Positions 1-13,194 of a stretch of 13,929 nt of DNA are shown here, piece after piece. The DNA is taken from positions 1 through 13,929 of the forward strand of contig CAYVOC010000035.1 in assembly GCA_964453345.1 (NCBI GenBank), in the 5' to 3' direction. The stretch is from an uncultured Aquificales bacterium (GTDB lineage: Bacteria > Thermosulfidibacterota > Thermosulfidibacteria > Thermosulfidibacterales > Thermosulfidibacteraceae). Position numbers and translations under genes: made by a program. A model generated the notes under the pieces. That model was not told the DNA's origin, did not search any database, and saw nothing but the letters and a program-made list of their open reading frames with translations. Position 1 is the first letter of the stretch; each line of letters starts with the position of its first letter.

Positions 1-29
1 GTAAAACCTTCTTCACTCTTCCACTTCAT
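1..29 (-). CDS. 5' end of a probable prepilin-type (type IV pilin/pseudopilin) N-terminal cleavage/methylation protein, running off the window edge
   Basis: The minus strand reads GGAGGGAAGGG-ATG AAG TGG AAG AGT GAA GAA GGT TTT AC, i.e. MKWKSEEGF(T). This is a short charged leader ending in G|FT, as in class III signal peptides (G|FTLxE), with a strong SD. Only 9 full codons are visible. Confidence 0.55.
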
Positions 30-66
30 CCCTTCCCTCCCTCTGAAAGTTTTTGTTCTTTTCAAA

Positions 67-94
67 AGTATAACAGAGGCCGTGAACAATGCAA
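67..94 (-). promoter_or_regulatory. Putative sigma70 promoter for the prepilin-like gene
   Basis: Minus strand TTGCAT-N16-TATACT with an extended -10 (TGtTATACT), about 40 nt upstream of the ATG at 29. Confidence 0.45.
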
Positions 95-141
95 AGGGTA
101 TAGCAGGAATTTTTGTTATAAGCTCTATGTAATCACGACTT

Positions 142-2647
<2,506 letters not shown>

Positions 2648-2659
2648 GGGCCATACCCC

Positions 2660-4126
2660 CTAATGTATTGAGCAAGCGGTGCAGGGATCGTAGCTTCTTA
2701 TGATTCTCCCCACCTCTATCAGTCCCTCTTTGAACCGCACAGGCGCCCCTTCTATGGCCTTTTCCACGGGACCGGGTTTGCCCGCAGAGTCCCTCGGGGA
2801 GAAGTTCCAGGTTGAGGGAACCACCATCTGGTATCTGGTTATCCTGCCGTTTTCGGCCTCTATGTAGTGGAGCAGCTCTCCCCTTGCGGCGTTTGAAAGC
2901 CCCAGGCCTCTGCCCGATACGGGCAGTCCAACATCTACAGTTACGATGGTGCTTTCGCCCGGTTTGAGCTTGGACAGGGCCCTGTTTGCGTATTCCAGAA
3001 GCAGTAATGCTTCATAGGCCCTGGCGAGGTTCCTTCCGTTGGTGGAGAAGGCCTCTTTCATACCCACTCCGAACTCCCGCTTCAGGAAGGCAAGGAACTC
3101 CCTTCTGGTTCTGCCCGTCACAAGGATCCTTGAGATGGGGCCTGTTTCCATGGGGTGCCCCTTGTATCTGGGGGCCTTTACCCAGGAGTAGGCGCCCTTT
3201 TTGCCGAAGTGGGGTTTGGTTTCGCCCTCTTTGAAGCTTCTGGGAGGTCCGTCGTAGTAGGAGTGGGCAACGTCTTCCACTATGCCGTTGACATCTAAAG
3301 GATGGATTTTGCCGTTTATCATGACTCCGGGTTCATACAGCGGGGTTCCGGTTGCGGAAAAGCCTCCATAGGATATCAGGTTCATGTACCCGTGTCCTAT
3401 TTTGAAGTATTCTCTGTAATGCTTCGCCACCTCTATGACCGAGGGAAGGTATTTGGTTTTTACAAACTCTATGAGCTGGTCCACTATCTGGGACACCTTG
3501 GCGATTTTGTCCATGGTCAGCTCAACGCTGACTCCACCGGGAAAGACCGTGTGGGCGAAGGGAGCCTTTCCGCCGAATACCGCCAGCGCTGATGCACCCA
3601 AGGAGAGTTTGTCAAAGGCTTCAATGTAGTTGGCAACCAGAGGCAGCGCCACCTGTGGATCGGTTATGTAGTCTCCGGGAACCTTTTTGGTGAAAAGATA
3701 TGGCCTTTGAGAGAGGACCCACTCTTTCAGGTTCAGCAGCGTGGGATCCTTGCCCCTGTAGGCGGCTATGGCGGCAAAGTCCACGTAATCGGGCAAAGCC
3801 AGGTGGAAGAAGTGGAGGATATGATCAATGGCCATGTGCAGGGCCAGAATTATGTCCTTGAGGAGCTTGCCGTTGGGAGGCGGCTCTATGTTGTAGAGGT
3901 CCGCAAGGGCCTTGCTTGAGGCGATTCCGTGGACCTCGTGGCACACGCCGCAGACCCTCTGGGTGATTCTCTGGGCGTCAAGGGGGTGCCTGCCTATAAG
4001 CAGGTTTTCGAAGCCCCTATACATTTCGCCCGATATTCTGGCCGTCTTTACCCTGCCCTTTTCTACCTCTACCTCAACCTTCAGGTGTCCCTCTATGCGG
4101 GTGAGGGGAGATATCTTCTTTATCAT
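2660..4126 (-). CDS. [NiFe]-hydrogenase large (catalytic) subunit, group-1-like sequence, lacking a C-terminal maturation extension
   Basis: Motifs: TRIEGH, L1 RVCGVC (C59/C62), DHILHFFHL, YSWVKAPRY, ARGELLHY, YQMVVPSTWNFSPRD, and L2 DPCTACSIH followed directly by the stop. SD GGAGG precedes the ATG at 4126. Confidence 0.96.
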   Translation of the reverse strand: MIKKISPLTRIEGHLKVEVEVEKGRVKTARISGEMYRGFENLLIGRHPLDAQRITQRVCGVCHEVHGIASSKALADLYNIEPPPNGKLLKDIILALHMAIDHILHFFHLALPDYVDFAAIAAYRGKDPTLLNLKEWVLSQRPYLFTKKVPGDYITDPQVALPLVANYIEAFDKLSLGASALAVFGGKAPFAHTVFPGGVSVELTMDKIAKVSQIVDQLIEFVKTKYLPSVIEVAKHYREYFKIGHGYMNLISYGGFSATGTPLYEPGVMINGKIHPLDVNGIVEDVAHSYYDGPPRSFKEGETKPHFGKKGAYSWVKAPRYKGHPMETGPISRILVTGRTRREFLAFLKREFGVGMKEAFSTNGRNLARAYEALLLLEYANRALSKLKPGESTIVTVDVGLPVSGRGLGLSNAARGELLHYIEAENGRITRYQMVVPSTWNFSPRDSAGKPGPVEKAIEGAPVRFKEGLIEVGRIIRSYDPCTACSIH

Positions 4127-4201
4127 AGCCGCCTCCGCCGCAGTTGTGGGTTCGTTTGTTTTTAATACAACAAGTTGACCAAGGATGCAAATTAGAAAAT
4201 C

Positions 4202-5701
4202 TTAATCCTCCACATTTATTCCTATCCTCATGTTGCCCCAGATTCTTCCCTCTACATATATCGGCATGTTTGCTTCAAGCATAACCTCTCCGGTGTCTCT
4301 GTAATAGACCTGCAAGAGGAGGGGTTCGGTGTTTCTGGCGGCCTTCAGCCCCACGGGATCGGTGTATATGCGCTGTCCTCTGCTGTATTTCATGTCGTGC
4401 TCGTAGTTTCCAGTGGGGGGCTGGTCGAACTGCTTGTGATGCGCCGGGCAGTATCCGTTGTTGTCAACCACAACGAAATAGAGGAACTTGGGATGCTTCT
4501 GGAGATACTCGTCCTGTATGGGCTGTATATACTTTTTGAAGAAGTCTGTGAATCTTGTCTTGTATTTTTTGGGGTTGGTATTCGGTATCTCAACGTAGTT
4601 TCTGTCCCAGATGTCGGCACTTGAAATAATGCCGTCTTTCAGGGCCTTCTCTATGGTCTCCTCGATCTTTCTTTTGCCTTCTCTTGCTATGTCGAGCAGC
4701 TGCTCTAAGGGGTGGCCCGTCCTGAACTTTTTGAGGACGTCTGTGGTTATCTCAAGGATGCTTTCCAGATCCTTGGATCCCCTTTCCACTTCATCCAAGG
4801 AGTTGACTACTATGCTGAAGGAGTTGGCTATGGCGTTTATGGTCTGGGAAATCTCTTCGGAGCTTGCGGCCTGCTCCTCAATGGCGGCTCCAACGGAGCT
4901 TATCATGTCCTTCGCCTTCTGTATCTTCTGGCTCAGCTCTTCCATTTCTGTGGTTAGCATCTCCACGCTTTTGTGGGAGCCTTCCACCCTTTCCGATATG
5001 AGTTTGTTCTCCTCTATGAGCCTTGCTATCTCACTTGATATGGTGTTGATGGTTTCGTTTATCTCCTTGGAGCGCTTGAGGGTTTCCTCGGCGAGCTTTC
5101 TGATCTCGTCCGCAACAACGGCGAAGCCCCTTCCGTGCTCGCCGGCGCGGGCGGCCTCTATCGCCGCATTCAGAGCAAGCAGGTTTGTTTGATCGGCTAT
5201 GTTGTTTATGATCTCCACGATCTTGAGGATGTTCCCTATGCTGCTTTCAAGCCTTTCGGTTATCTCCCTTCCCCTTGTGCTCGCCTCTATGACCCCCTTT
5301 GATCCGGTGTTGACCTCGTCAATCACCCCCACGGTTTTTTCCGTGTATCGCTCTACTTCCTCCATGAACCTTTTGAGTTCCTCCATGTGGCCGGAGATCT
5401 CCCCTATGGCCTGGGTGTTCTCACCCACAGCCACATTGATGGCTTCTATGTTGTCCTTTATCTCCTTTACCTGATCATGGGTCTTTTTGAGCAGGAATTT
5501 GAGCCTTCCGTTGAAGACGGCTGCGCTGGTGGCTTCTCCCGTCAGGGTGTAGAAGACCCGCTTTACGCCGGACAGTATATCTTTGGCCAGCCTCCCGTCC
5601 TCGGTGTTCGCCGGAAGGGCCTCAATTTTGGTGAGATCGACAAGATCCCCCCTCACTATTTCTTTGAAGAGGCTTATGTTTGATTTGCCAAACAGCCCCA
5701 T
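4202..5701 (-). CDS. Soluble (no TM) methyl-accepting chemotaxis protein with C-terminal Cache-like putative sensor domain
   Basis: MCP tip [38 protein letters not shown] and no hydrophobic segment. The C-terminal ~170 aa ([53 protein letters not shown]) resemble Cache-like domains appended to MCPs. SD AGGAGG; the ATG abuts the pyrE stop (TAGATG). Confidence 0.93.
   Translation of the reverse strand: MGLFGKSNISLFKEIVRGDLVDLTKIEALPANTEDGRLAKDILSGVKRVFYTLTGEATSAAVFNGRLKFLLKKTHDQVKEIKDNIEAINVAVGENTQAIGEISGHMEELKRFMEEVERYTEKTVGVIDEVNTGSKGVIEASTRGREITERLESSIGNILKIVEIINNIADQTNLLALNAAIEAARAGEHGRGFAVVADEIRKLAEETLKRSKEINETINTISSEIARLIEENKLISERVEGSHKSVEMLTTEMEELSQKIQKAKDMISSVGAAIEEQAASSEEISQTINAIANSFSIVVNSLDEVERGSKDLESILEITTDVLKKFRTGHPLEQLLDIAREGKRKIEETIEKALKDGIISSADIWDRNYVEIPNTNPKKYKTRFTDFFKKYIQPIQDEYLQKHPKFLYFVVVDNNGYCPAHHKQFDQPPTGNYEHDMKYSRGQRIYTDPVGLKAARNTEPLLLQVYYRDTGEVMLEANMPIYVEGRIWGNMRIGINVED
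5115..5191. repeat. 77-bp perfect direct repeat, copy 2 (MCP hairpin-tip coding sequence)
   Basis: Identical to 551-627, including every wobble position. Confidence 0.9.
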
Positions 5702-6256
5702 CTATTCCCTCCTTGCCTTTTTGAGTTCTTCGGCGGTGAATATGGGTTCAACCTTTATTCCGGTCGCCTCCACCCTCTCCCTTCCTCCCTCCTGCCGGTC
5801 AACCAGAACCACCACTTTCACCACCTCGAGCCCGTGGTTTGTCGCGGCTTCTATAGCCTTGAGGGTTGATGATCCTGTTGTCATCACGTCTTCCAGTATT
5901 ACAACCCTCTCTCCCGGTTCCACAGGTCCCTCTATGAGGCTTTTGGTGCCGTGATCCTTGGGCTCCTTTCTGACCACAAAGGCCTTGATGGGGGAGCCTT
6001 TGATCCAGCTTGTGTAGGCGAGGGCGTATGCCAAGGGATCGGCGCCCATGGTCAGTCCGCCTGCAGCGTCTATTTTTAGCGGTTCAACCTTCTCAAAGAG
6101 TATGTTTCCCACAAGATACAGCCCCTCCGGATCCATGGTTGTGGGCTTGCAGTTTATGTAGTAGTTGCTGAGCCTTCCGGATGCCAACCTGAAGATGGGT
6201 TCGTCGGAATACATGAAAGATCGCTCCACAAGCAGCTTCAGCAATCTTTCTTTCAA
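5702..6256 (-). CDS. pyrE: Orotate phosphoribosyltransferase
   Basis: Motifs [35 protein letters not shown] and the PRPP-binding [13 protein letters not shown]. Start placed at TTG 6256, 8 nt after AGGAGG; the track's GTG at 6265 overlaps the SD. Confidence 0.95.
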   Translation of the reverse strand: MKERLLKLLVERSFMYSDEPIFRLASGRLSNYYINCKPTTMDPEGLYLVGNILFEKVEPLKIDAAGGLTMGADPLAYALAYTSWIKGSPIKAFVVRKEPKDHGTKSLIEGPVEPGERVVILEDVMTTGSSTLKAIEAATNHGLEVVKVVVLVDRQEGGRERVEATGIKVEPIFTAEELKKARRE

Positions 6257-6288
6257 CTTTCGCACCTCCTCGTTGCAAATTGGTGCCT

Positions 6289-6317
6289 AATTTAGACCTG
6301 TGAGCGGCGTTCATCAA
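6289..6317 (-). promoter_or_regulatory. Putative sigma70 promoter for pyrE-MCP (possibly extending to the hydrogenase and MCP genes)
   Basis: Minus strand TTGATG-N17-TAAATT, located downstream of the slyD hairpin and upstream of the pyrE SD. Confidence 0.4.
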
Positions 6318-6358
6318 GGGTTTGATTGAAAAGGGAACAAAGGGCTGTTGATTGCTCA

Positions 6359-6386
6359 GGAAGGGGAGGGAAGAACCCCTCCCCAG
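6359..6386 (-). terminator. Putative intrinsic terminator hairpin after the slyD-like gene
   Basis: 8-bp GC-rich stem (GGGGAGGG 6363-6370 / CCCTCCCC 6377-6384) with a 6-nt loop, 12 nt after the stop. The U-tail is weak (TTCCT). Confidence 0.5.
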
Positions 6387-6396
6387 TATATTTACT

Positions 6397-6882
6397 TTAC
6401 TGCATTCCCTGGTTTTTGGCAAGTTCGAGCAGCTCTTCGGGGGTGGCTTCCCTCACCTCTTTTATGTGGATGGTGAAGTATAGGGTTTTCCCGGCGAGGG
6501 GATGGTTGAGGTCCACCGTGACCACCTCGTCGTCGAAGTCTATGACCCTCATCCCTATCTCTTCTCCCTGGGGGGTCTGCATCACCAAGGTGAGGCCTTC
6601 CTTCAGCTCTATGTGGTCGGGGATGAAGTGTCTCGGTATCTTCTGGATGGCTTCTTCGTTTCTCTCCCCGTAGGCCTGCTCGGGGGGTATCTCCACCTGC
6701 ACGGTTTCCCCGGCCTCTTTGCCTCTTATGGCCTCCTCTATGGCAGGGATGATCATGCCCTTGCCGTAGATGAAGCTGATGGGCGTGCCCCTCTGGACAC
6801 TGGATTCTATGAGCTCGCCGTCGTGGCCGTTGAGGCGAAGCTCATAGTCCATGGTTACTACTGTGTTGGTTCCGACTTTCAT
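6397..6882 (-). CDS. slyD: FKBP-type peptidyl-prolyl cis-trans isomerase, SlyD/SlpA family, without His-rich tail
   Basis: Motifs [34 protein letters not shown], an insert-in-flap domain, and [22 protein letters not shown] at 6882 follows GGAGG. Confidence 0.88.
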   Translation of the reverse strand: MKVGTNTVVTMDYELRLNGHDGELIESSVQRGTPISFIYGKGMIIPAIEEAIRGKEAGETVQVEIPPEQAYGERNEEAIQKIPRHFIPDHIELKEGLTLVMQTPQGEEIGMRVIDFDDEVVTVDLNHPLAGKTLYFTIHIKEVREATPEELLELAKNQGMQ

Positions 6883-6911
6883 AACAAATCCTCCAAATGT
6901 TGATTTTTGAT

Positions 6912-6947
6912 ACCTTATTGCCAAAGATGGGGTTTGTCAAATATTAT
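6912..6947. promoter_or_regulatory. Overlapping divergent sigma70 promoters for slyD (-) and the NSS transporter (+)
   Basis: Minus strand: TTGACA(6940-6935)-N17-TAAGGT(6917-6912). Plus strand: TTGCCA(6918-6923)-N18-TATTAT(6942-6947). Confidence 0.5.
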
Positions 6948-6983
6948 TTTCAGGACTTCGCAAAACCTGCGTGGGAGGGGGCC

Positions 6984-8516
6984 ATGGCTCAGAACGGAAG
7001 GGAGCAGTGGGCTACCAAGATAGGTCTTATCCTGGCTATGGCCGGGAACGCCATAGGTCTCGGCAACTTCCTTAGGTTTCCTGTGCAGGCGGCTGAAAAC
7101 GGAGGCGGCGCCTTTATGATTCCGTATCTTGTGGCCCTTATCCTCATAGGCATACCCCTTATGTGGGTTGAGTGGGCCATGGGGAGATACGGGGGTTCGG
7201 TTCTGGGGCACGGAACCACGCCGGGGATCTTTTACGGCATGAGCGGGAGGAAGCGCTGGGCGAAGGTCCTTGGAGCCATAGGGCTGTGGATTCCCATGGT
7301 GGTTGCCATCTACTATGTTTATGTTGAGTCCTGGACTTTGGGGTATGCGCTGAAGTTTCTCTTTGGTATGGTTCCCAAGGTGAAGGCCTCTGCAGGGGGC
7401 GGTCAGAGCGAGTATCTGAAGCCCTTTAAGGATTTCCTCACCACCTATCTCGGCGCCGGCAAGGGAAAGTTTTTCAAGCCCACCTTTGCCTATGTGGTGT
7501 TTCTTGTGACCTTCGTCATAAACTACTACATCCTCTACAGGGGCGTTGTTGAGGGAATTGAGGCCTTTGCAAAGAGGGCCATGCCCCTTCTCTATATTAT
7601 GGCCGTTGTGCTTCTGGTTAGGGTTTTCCTGCTTGAGACGCCCAACGGTAGTGCGGTGCAGGGGCTGGGATTTTTGTGGACGCCCAACTTTGAGGCCCTT
7701 AAAAGACCGGAGGTCTGGGTGGCTGCTGCAGGGCAGGTTTTCTTCACACTCTCCTTGGGCTTTAGCGCCATTGTCGCCTTTGCTTCCTACATTGACAGGG
7801 ACGACGATATAGCCCTGTCCGGTCTCACCACGGCTTCCCTTAACGAGTTCGCCGAGGTCATTCTGGGAGGCTCCATAGCCATTCCTGCGGCGGTTGCCTT
7901 TTTCGGGGTTGCGGGGACGGTCAGCATAGCCAAGAGCGGAGCCTTTAATCTCGGCTTTGTGAGTCTTCCCGCCATCTTTGTGAACACCCCCGGCGGGATG
8001 TTCTTCGGCTTTCTGTGGTTCTTTTTGCTCTTTTTTGCGGGGTTGACCTCGTCCATAGCCATTACCCAGCCCTTCATAACCTTTTTGCAGGACGATTACG
8101 GCATGTCCAGAAAGAAGGCGGTTACCATTACCATGCTTCTGATCTTCGTTGTGGTTCAGTTCGTTATATTTATTCCGGGTGTGCTGGATGAGATGGACTT
8201 CTGGGCGGGAACCATAGGGCTGGTCTTCTTTGCCCTTGTGGAGATAATCATGTTCTTCTGGATCTTTGACGCCAACAAGGCCTGGGAGGAGATGAACAGG
8301 GGAGGCATTATAAGAATTCCTAAGTTCTTCTACTATGTGACGAGATACATCACCCCTGTCTTTCTCGTTGTTCTTCTGGGGTTCTGGACGGTGGATTATC
8401 TGCCCAAGTTTTTGAAGAATGTCTCCTGGCAGGTTATGGTTGCAAGGGTGATAATGCTTGCTCTTTTTGTCGGCTTTGCCTTCCTTGCCCTGAAGGCCGA
8501 TGAGGAGGTGGAGTGA
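6984..8516 (+). CDS. Sodium-dependent amino acid transporter, neurotransmitter:sodium symporter (NSS/SNF) family; close homologue of Aquifex LeuT
   Basis: [67 protein letters not shown] and [11 protein letters not shown] match LeuT TM1/6/7/8 as I recall them. About 12 TM helices. ATG at 6984 follows GGGAGGGG. Confidence 0.96.
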   Translation: MAQNGREQWATKIGLILAMAGNAIGLGNFLRFPVQAAENGGGAFMIPYLVALILIGIPLMWVEWAMGRYGGSVLGHGTTPGIFYGMSGRKRWAKVLGAIGLWIPMVVAIYYVYVESWTLGYALKFLFGMVPKVKASAGGGQSEYLKPFKDFLTTYLGAGKGKFFKPTFAYVVFLVTFVINYYILYRGVVEGIEAFAKRAMPLLYIMAVVLLVRVFLLETPNGSAVQGLGFLWTPNFEALKRPEVWVAAAGQVFFTLSLGFSAIVAFASYIDRDDDIALSGLTTASLNEFAEVILGGSIAIPAAVAFFGVAGTVSIAKSGAFNLGFVSLPAIFVNTPGGMFFGFLWFFLLFFAGLTSSIAITQPFITFLQDDYGMSRKKAVTITMLLIFVVVQFVIFIPGVLDEMDFWAGTIGLVFFALVEIIMFFWIFDANKAWEEMNRGGIIRIPKFFYYVTRYITPVFLVVLLGFWTVDYLPKFLKNVSWQVMVARVIMLALFVGFAFLALKADEEVE

Positions 8517-8671
8517 TGAACGGATGGGCCCTTCTATTTATGGTGTTCTTCTGGAGTTTTATTTTGATTCTGTCCACCTTTTGCCTTACGCTGATCCTCT
8601 ACACCGGGGGCAAAAACGGCAAATCCAATGACGGGAGGAGGGAGGTTGCCCTGGACTCTAAGGGTGATTGA
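8516..8671 (+). CDS. Small single-pass membrane protein (51 aa), probable MetS-like NSS transporter small subunit; not in the ORF track
   Basis: The ATG overlaps the transporter stop (TGATG) with GAGGAGG upstream. [51 protein letters not shown] contains one hydrophobic helix and a polar tail. It fills the gap before queD. Confidence 0.75.
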   Translation: MNGWALLFMVFFWSFILILSTFCLTLILYTGGKNGKSNDGRREVALDSKGD

Positions 8672-9014
8672 CGGTTTTGATGCGGCCCACTTTTTGAGGA
8701 ACTACAGGGGTAAATGCGAGAATCTGCACGGGCATAACTGGAGGGTGGAGCTGGAGGTGGAGGGGGATTCCTTGGATGATGCGGGGATGCTGGTGGACTT
8801 TAAGGTGTTGAAGGGGATTCTGAAGGAGGTGGTGGAGAGGCTCGATCATGTTCTTCTGAACGAGGTCGCTCCCTTTGATGAGGTGAATCCCTCCTCCGAG
8901 AATATCGCGCGCTATATATTTGAAGAGGTGGCCAGAAGGGTGCCTGAGGGGATCAGGGTGAGGTCTGTTGCTGTCTGGGAATCGGATACTGCGTGCGCTG
9001 TGTATTGGAGGTGA
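8646..9014 (+). CDS. queD: 6-carboxy-5,6,7,8-tetrahydropterin synthase (queuosine biosynthesis)
   Basis: FDAAHFL..GKCENLHGHNW (CxxxHGH motif), GMLVDF, LDH..LN, NPSSENIA and VWES. Likely start is TTG 8646 after GGAGG; ATG 8628 is an alternative. Confidence 0.93.
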   Translation: MPWTLRVIDGFDAAHFLRNYRGKCENLHGHNWRVELEVEGDSLDDAGMLVDFKVLKGILKEVVERLDHVLLNEVAPFDEVNPSSENIARYIFEEVARRVPEGIRVRSVAVWESDTACAVYWR

Positions 9015-9534
9015 TAAGGGGATACAGCCAGAAGTTCCGGCACCGCTCGGTGAAGAGCTCTTTTTCGAGGGAGGCCTCAAGATTGAGGCTCTTTTTGAGC
9101 AGATAACTGTTGAAGAGAAGGTAGCAGGACTCCCTATCGCTTTTTAGTTTTTTCAGGGCGAGATCGAGGATAACGGTGCCCCCTATGGGGTTTTCAAGTG
9201 CGTAGGCCCTAACGGCGGCGTCTTCTGTTGCACATATTAACCTGTGTTGGGGGGTTCTCAGATCGTGCCATGCCTCGCTCAGGAGCCTCTCGGCCTGGGG
9301 AAACTTTCCGAGGGGTTCGAGGGAGAGGGCGAGCAGCAGCTTGAGCTTGGGGTCTTTTACATTTTTTTTGCTGATGTATCTTTCAAGGACAGCCGCACAC
9401 AGCCCGTATTGTCCCGTGCTGTATAAACCGAGGGCCTCCCTGTAGATGAGGGCTTTTCTGTCCAGGGCGAGGGAGGCCCCAAACAGCAGGCTACAGATTA
9501 GAAAGCCTGTCAGCAGCCTCTTTAATGCGCTCAT
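8953..9534 (-). CDS. Hypothetical exported helical (TPR-like) protein
   Basis: Signal-peptide-like N-terminus (MSALKRLLTGFLICSLLFGASLA) followed by TPR-like helices (YREALGLYSTGQY..A, LALSLEPLGKFPQAERLL). It fills the gap between dapL and queD, overlapping dapL by 44 nt and queD by 62 nt. Confidence 0.65.
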   Translation of the reverse strand: MSALKRLLTGFLICSLLFGASLALDRKALIYREALGLYSTGQYGLCAAVLERYISKKNVKDPKLKLLLALSLEPLGKFPQAERLLSEAWHDLRTPQHRLICATEDAAVRAYALENPIGGTVILDLALKKLKSDRESCYLLFNSYLLKKSLNLEASLEKELFTERCRNFWLYPLITSNTQRTQYPIPRQQQTSP

Positions 9535-10638
9535 CGGGCATGCAGAGGGCGGCTCTCACATAGCCCTCTCCGTAAATTCCGAAGCCCACTCCGGGGGTCA
9601 GAAGAACGCCGGCCTTGTCCAAGGCCAGGTTGGCAAACTCCATGGAGTTGAAGCCTTCGGGGACCCTGAACCAGATGTAGAAGGTCGCCTTGGGAGGTTT
9701 TACCTCAAAACCGCCCTTTCTCAATCCCTCAACGAATATCTCGATTCTGCGCCTGTAGGTTTCCCTTATATCGCTGAGGCCCGGTTCGTTTTCAAGGGCG
9801 TAGATGGCGGCTTCCTGTATGGCCTGAAACACCCCGGAGTCTATGTTGGTTTTGACCTTTAAAAGACCTTTAAGTATTTCTGCGTTGCCCACGGCCATTC
9901 CTATGCGCCAACCGGTCATGTTGAAGGTTTTGGAAAGGGAGTGGAACTCTATGGCAACCTCCTTTGCGCCGGGCACCTCCAGTATGCTTATGGGTGGTTC
10001 CTCGTAGTAGATCTCGCTGTAGGCCGCGTCGTGGGCGATGATGAAGTTGTATTCCTTCGCCAGTTCAACAAGCCTTGAGAAGGCCTCTCTTGTGGCGACG
10101 GCGGCCGTGGGGTTGTTGGGGTAGTTGATGAACAGGATCTTTGTCCTTCTCAGAATGTCCTTGGGGACGGAGCCGAGATCGGGCAGAAAGCCGTTCTCTT
10201 CTCTTAAGGGAATGTGATAGGGTTCGCCGCCTGCCAGAACGGTTGCCGAATGATACACGGGGTATCCCGGGTCCGGGACTAAGACGATGTCTTTGTCCTC
10301 GACGAAGGCGAAGGGCAGATGGGCTATTCCCTCCTTTGACCCTATCAAGGCCACCACTTCCCCTTCGGGGTCGAGTTCAACGCCAAAGCGCCTTTTATAC
10401 CACCCTGCAACGGCTTCCCTGAAGGGTTTCATCCCGTTGTAGGTGGGATACCTGTGGTGTTCGGGTTTATCTAAGGCCCTTTTCATGGCCTCAACGATGG
10501 GGGAGGGGGTGGGCATGTCGGGATCGCCCACCCCCATGTCTATCACGTCAACCCCTTCGGCTATCTTCTGAGCCTTCTTTTCGTCAAGCTCCGCAAAAAG
10601 GTAGGGAGGGAGCTTTTTGAGCCTGGTCGCCCACTCCA

Positions 10639-10639
<1 letters not shown>
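9491..10639 (-). CDS. dapL: PLP-dependent class I aminotransferase, LL-diaminopimelate aminotransferase type
   Basis: Motifs RLKKLPPYLFAELD, IDMGVGDPD.PTP, LIGSKEGIAH, NYPNNPT, HDAAYSEI, the PLP-Lys motif EFHSLSKTFNMTGWRIG, and KTNIDSG. The ATG overlaps the upstream stop (TAATG). Substrate assignment is by family resemblance. Confidence 0.8.
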
Positions 10640-12899
<2,260 letters not shown>

Positions 12900-12936
12900 A
12901 ACCACCCCTCTCTGCCTGGTTTTGAGTCGCCAGCTT

Positions 12937-12965
12937 TAATTATTGTATAAACTGCTACCTGTCAA
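12937..12965 (-). promoter_or_regulatory. Possible promoter of the nfnAB-dapL operon
   Basis: Perfect TTGACA (12965-12960) followed by AT-rich TACAATAATTA. The -10 spacing is not canonical. Confidence 0.3.
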
Positions 12966-13194
12966 GTTTCTTCCATTTCGGCAAAGAGAAGGGTTGCGAT
13001 GTCTGTAAAAATTGTGTAGATGGAATAGCCCGCTTAAGAAAAATTTTTAGTCTTGGTTTTAAATCGATAACAAAATTTTAAAATTGTAAGAGCAGCGCTC
13101 ATTAAAACAGCGGCTTTTGGCCGATTGAGAACTGTTGACATGGTTTTGCTGATCTGTTTTTTTAAAAGAAAAATTAAAAAATGGAGGTGTGGTC

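Noticed and set aside
2672-2683. Possible [NiFeSe] hydrogenase, given the compact large subunit and four-Cys medial cluster
   Set aside because: The L2 motif uses TGC Cys codons (DPCTAC), with no in-frame TGA.
6274-6289. Sigma54-like sequence TAGGCACCAATTTGCA upstream of pyrE
   Set aside because: The spacing is GG-N9-GC rather than the required N10, and it is too close to the SD.
8517-8645. Possible preQ1 riboswitch upstream of queD
   Set aside because: No preQ1 stem or A-rich tail is recognisable; the region is better explained as the small membrane-protein ORF.
9362-9369. T8 homopolymer in the TPR-like gene as a phase-variation tract
   Set aside because: It is short, encodes ordinary Lys-Lys-Asn, and the frame is intact.
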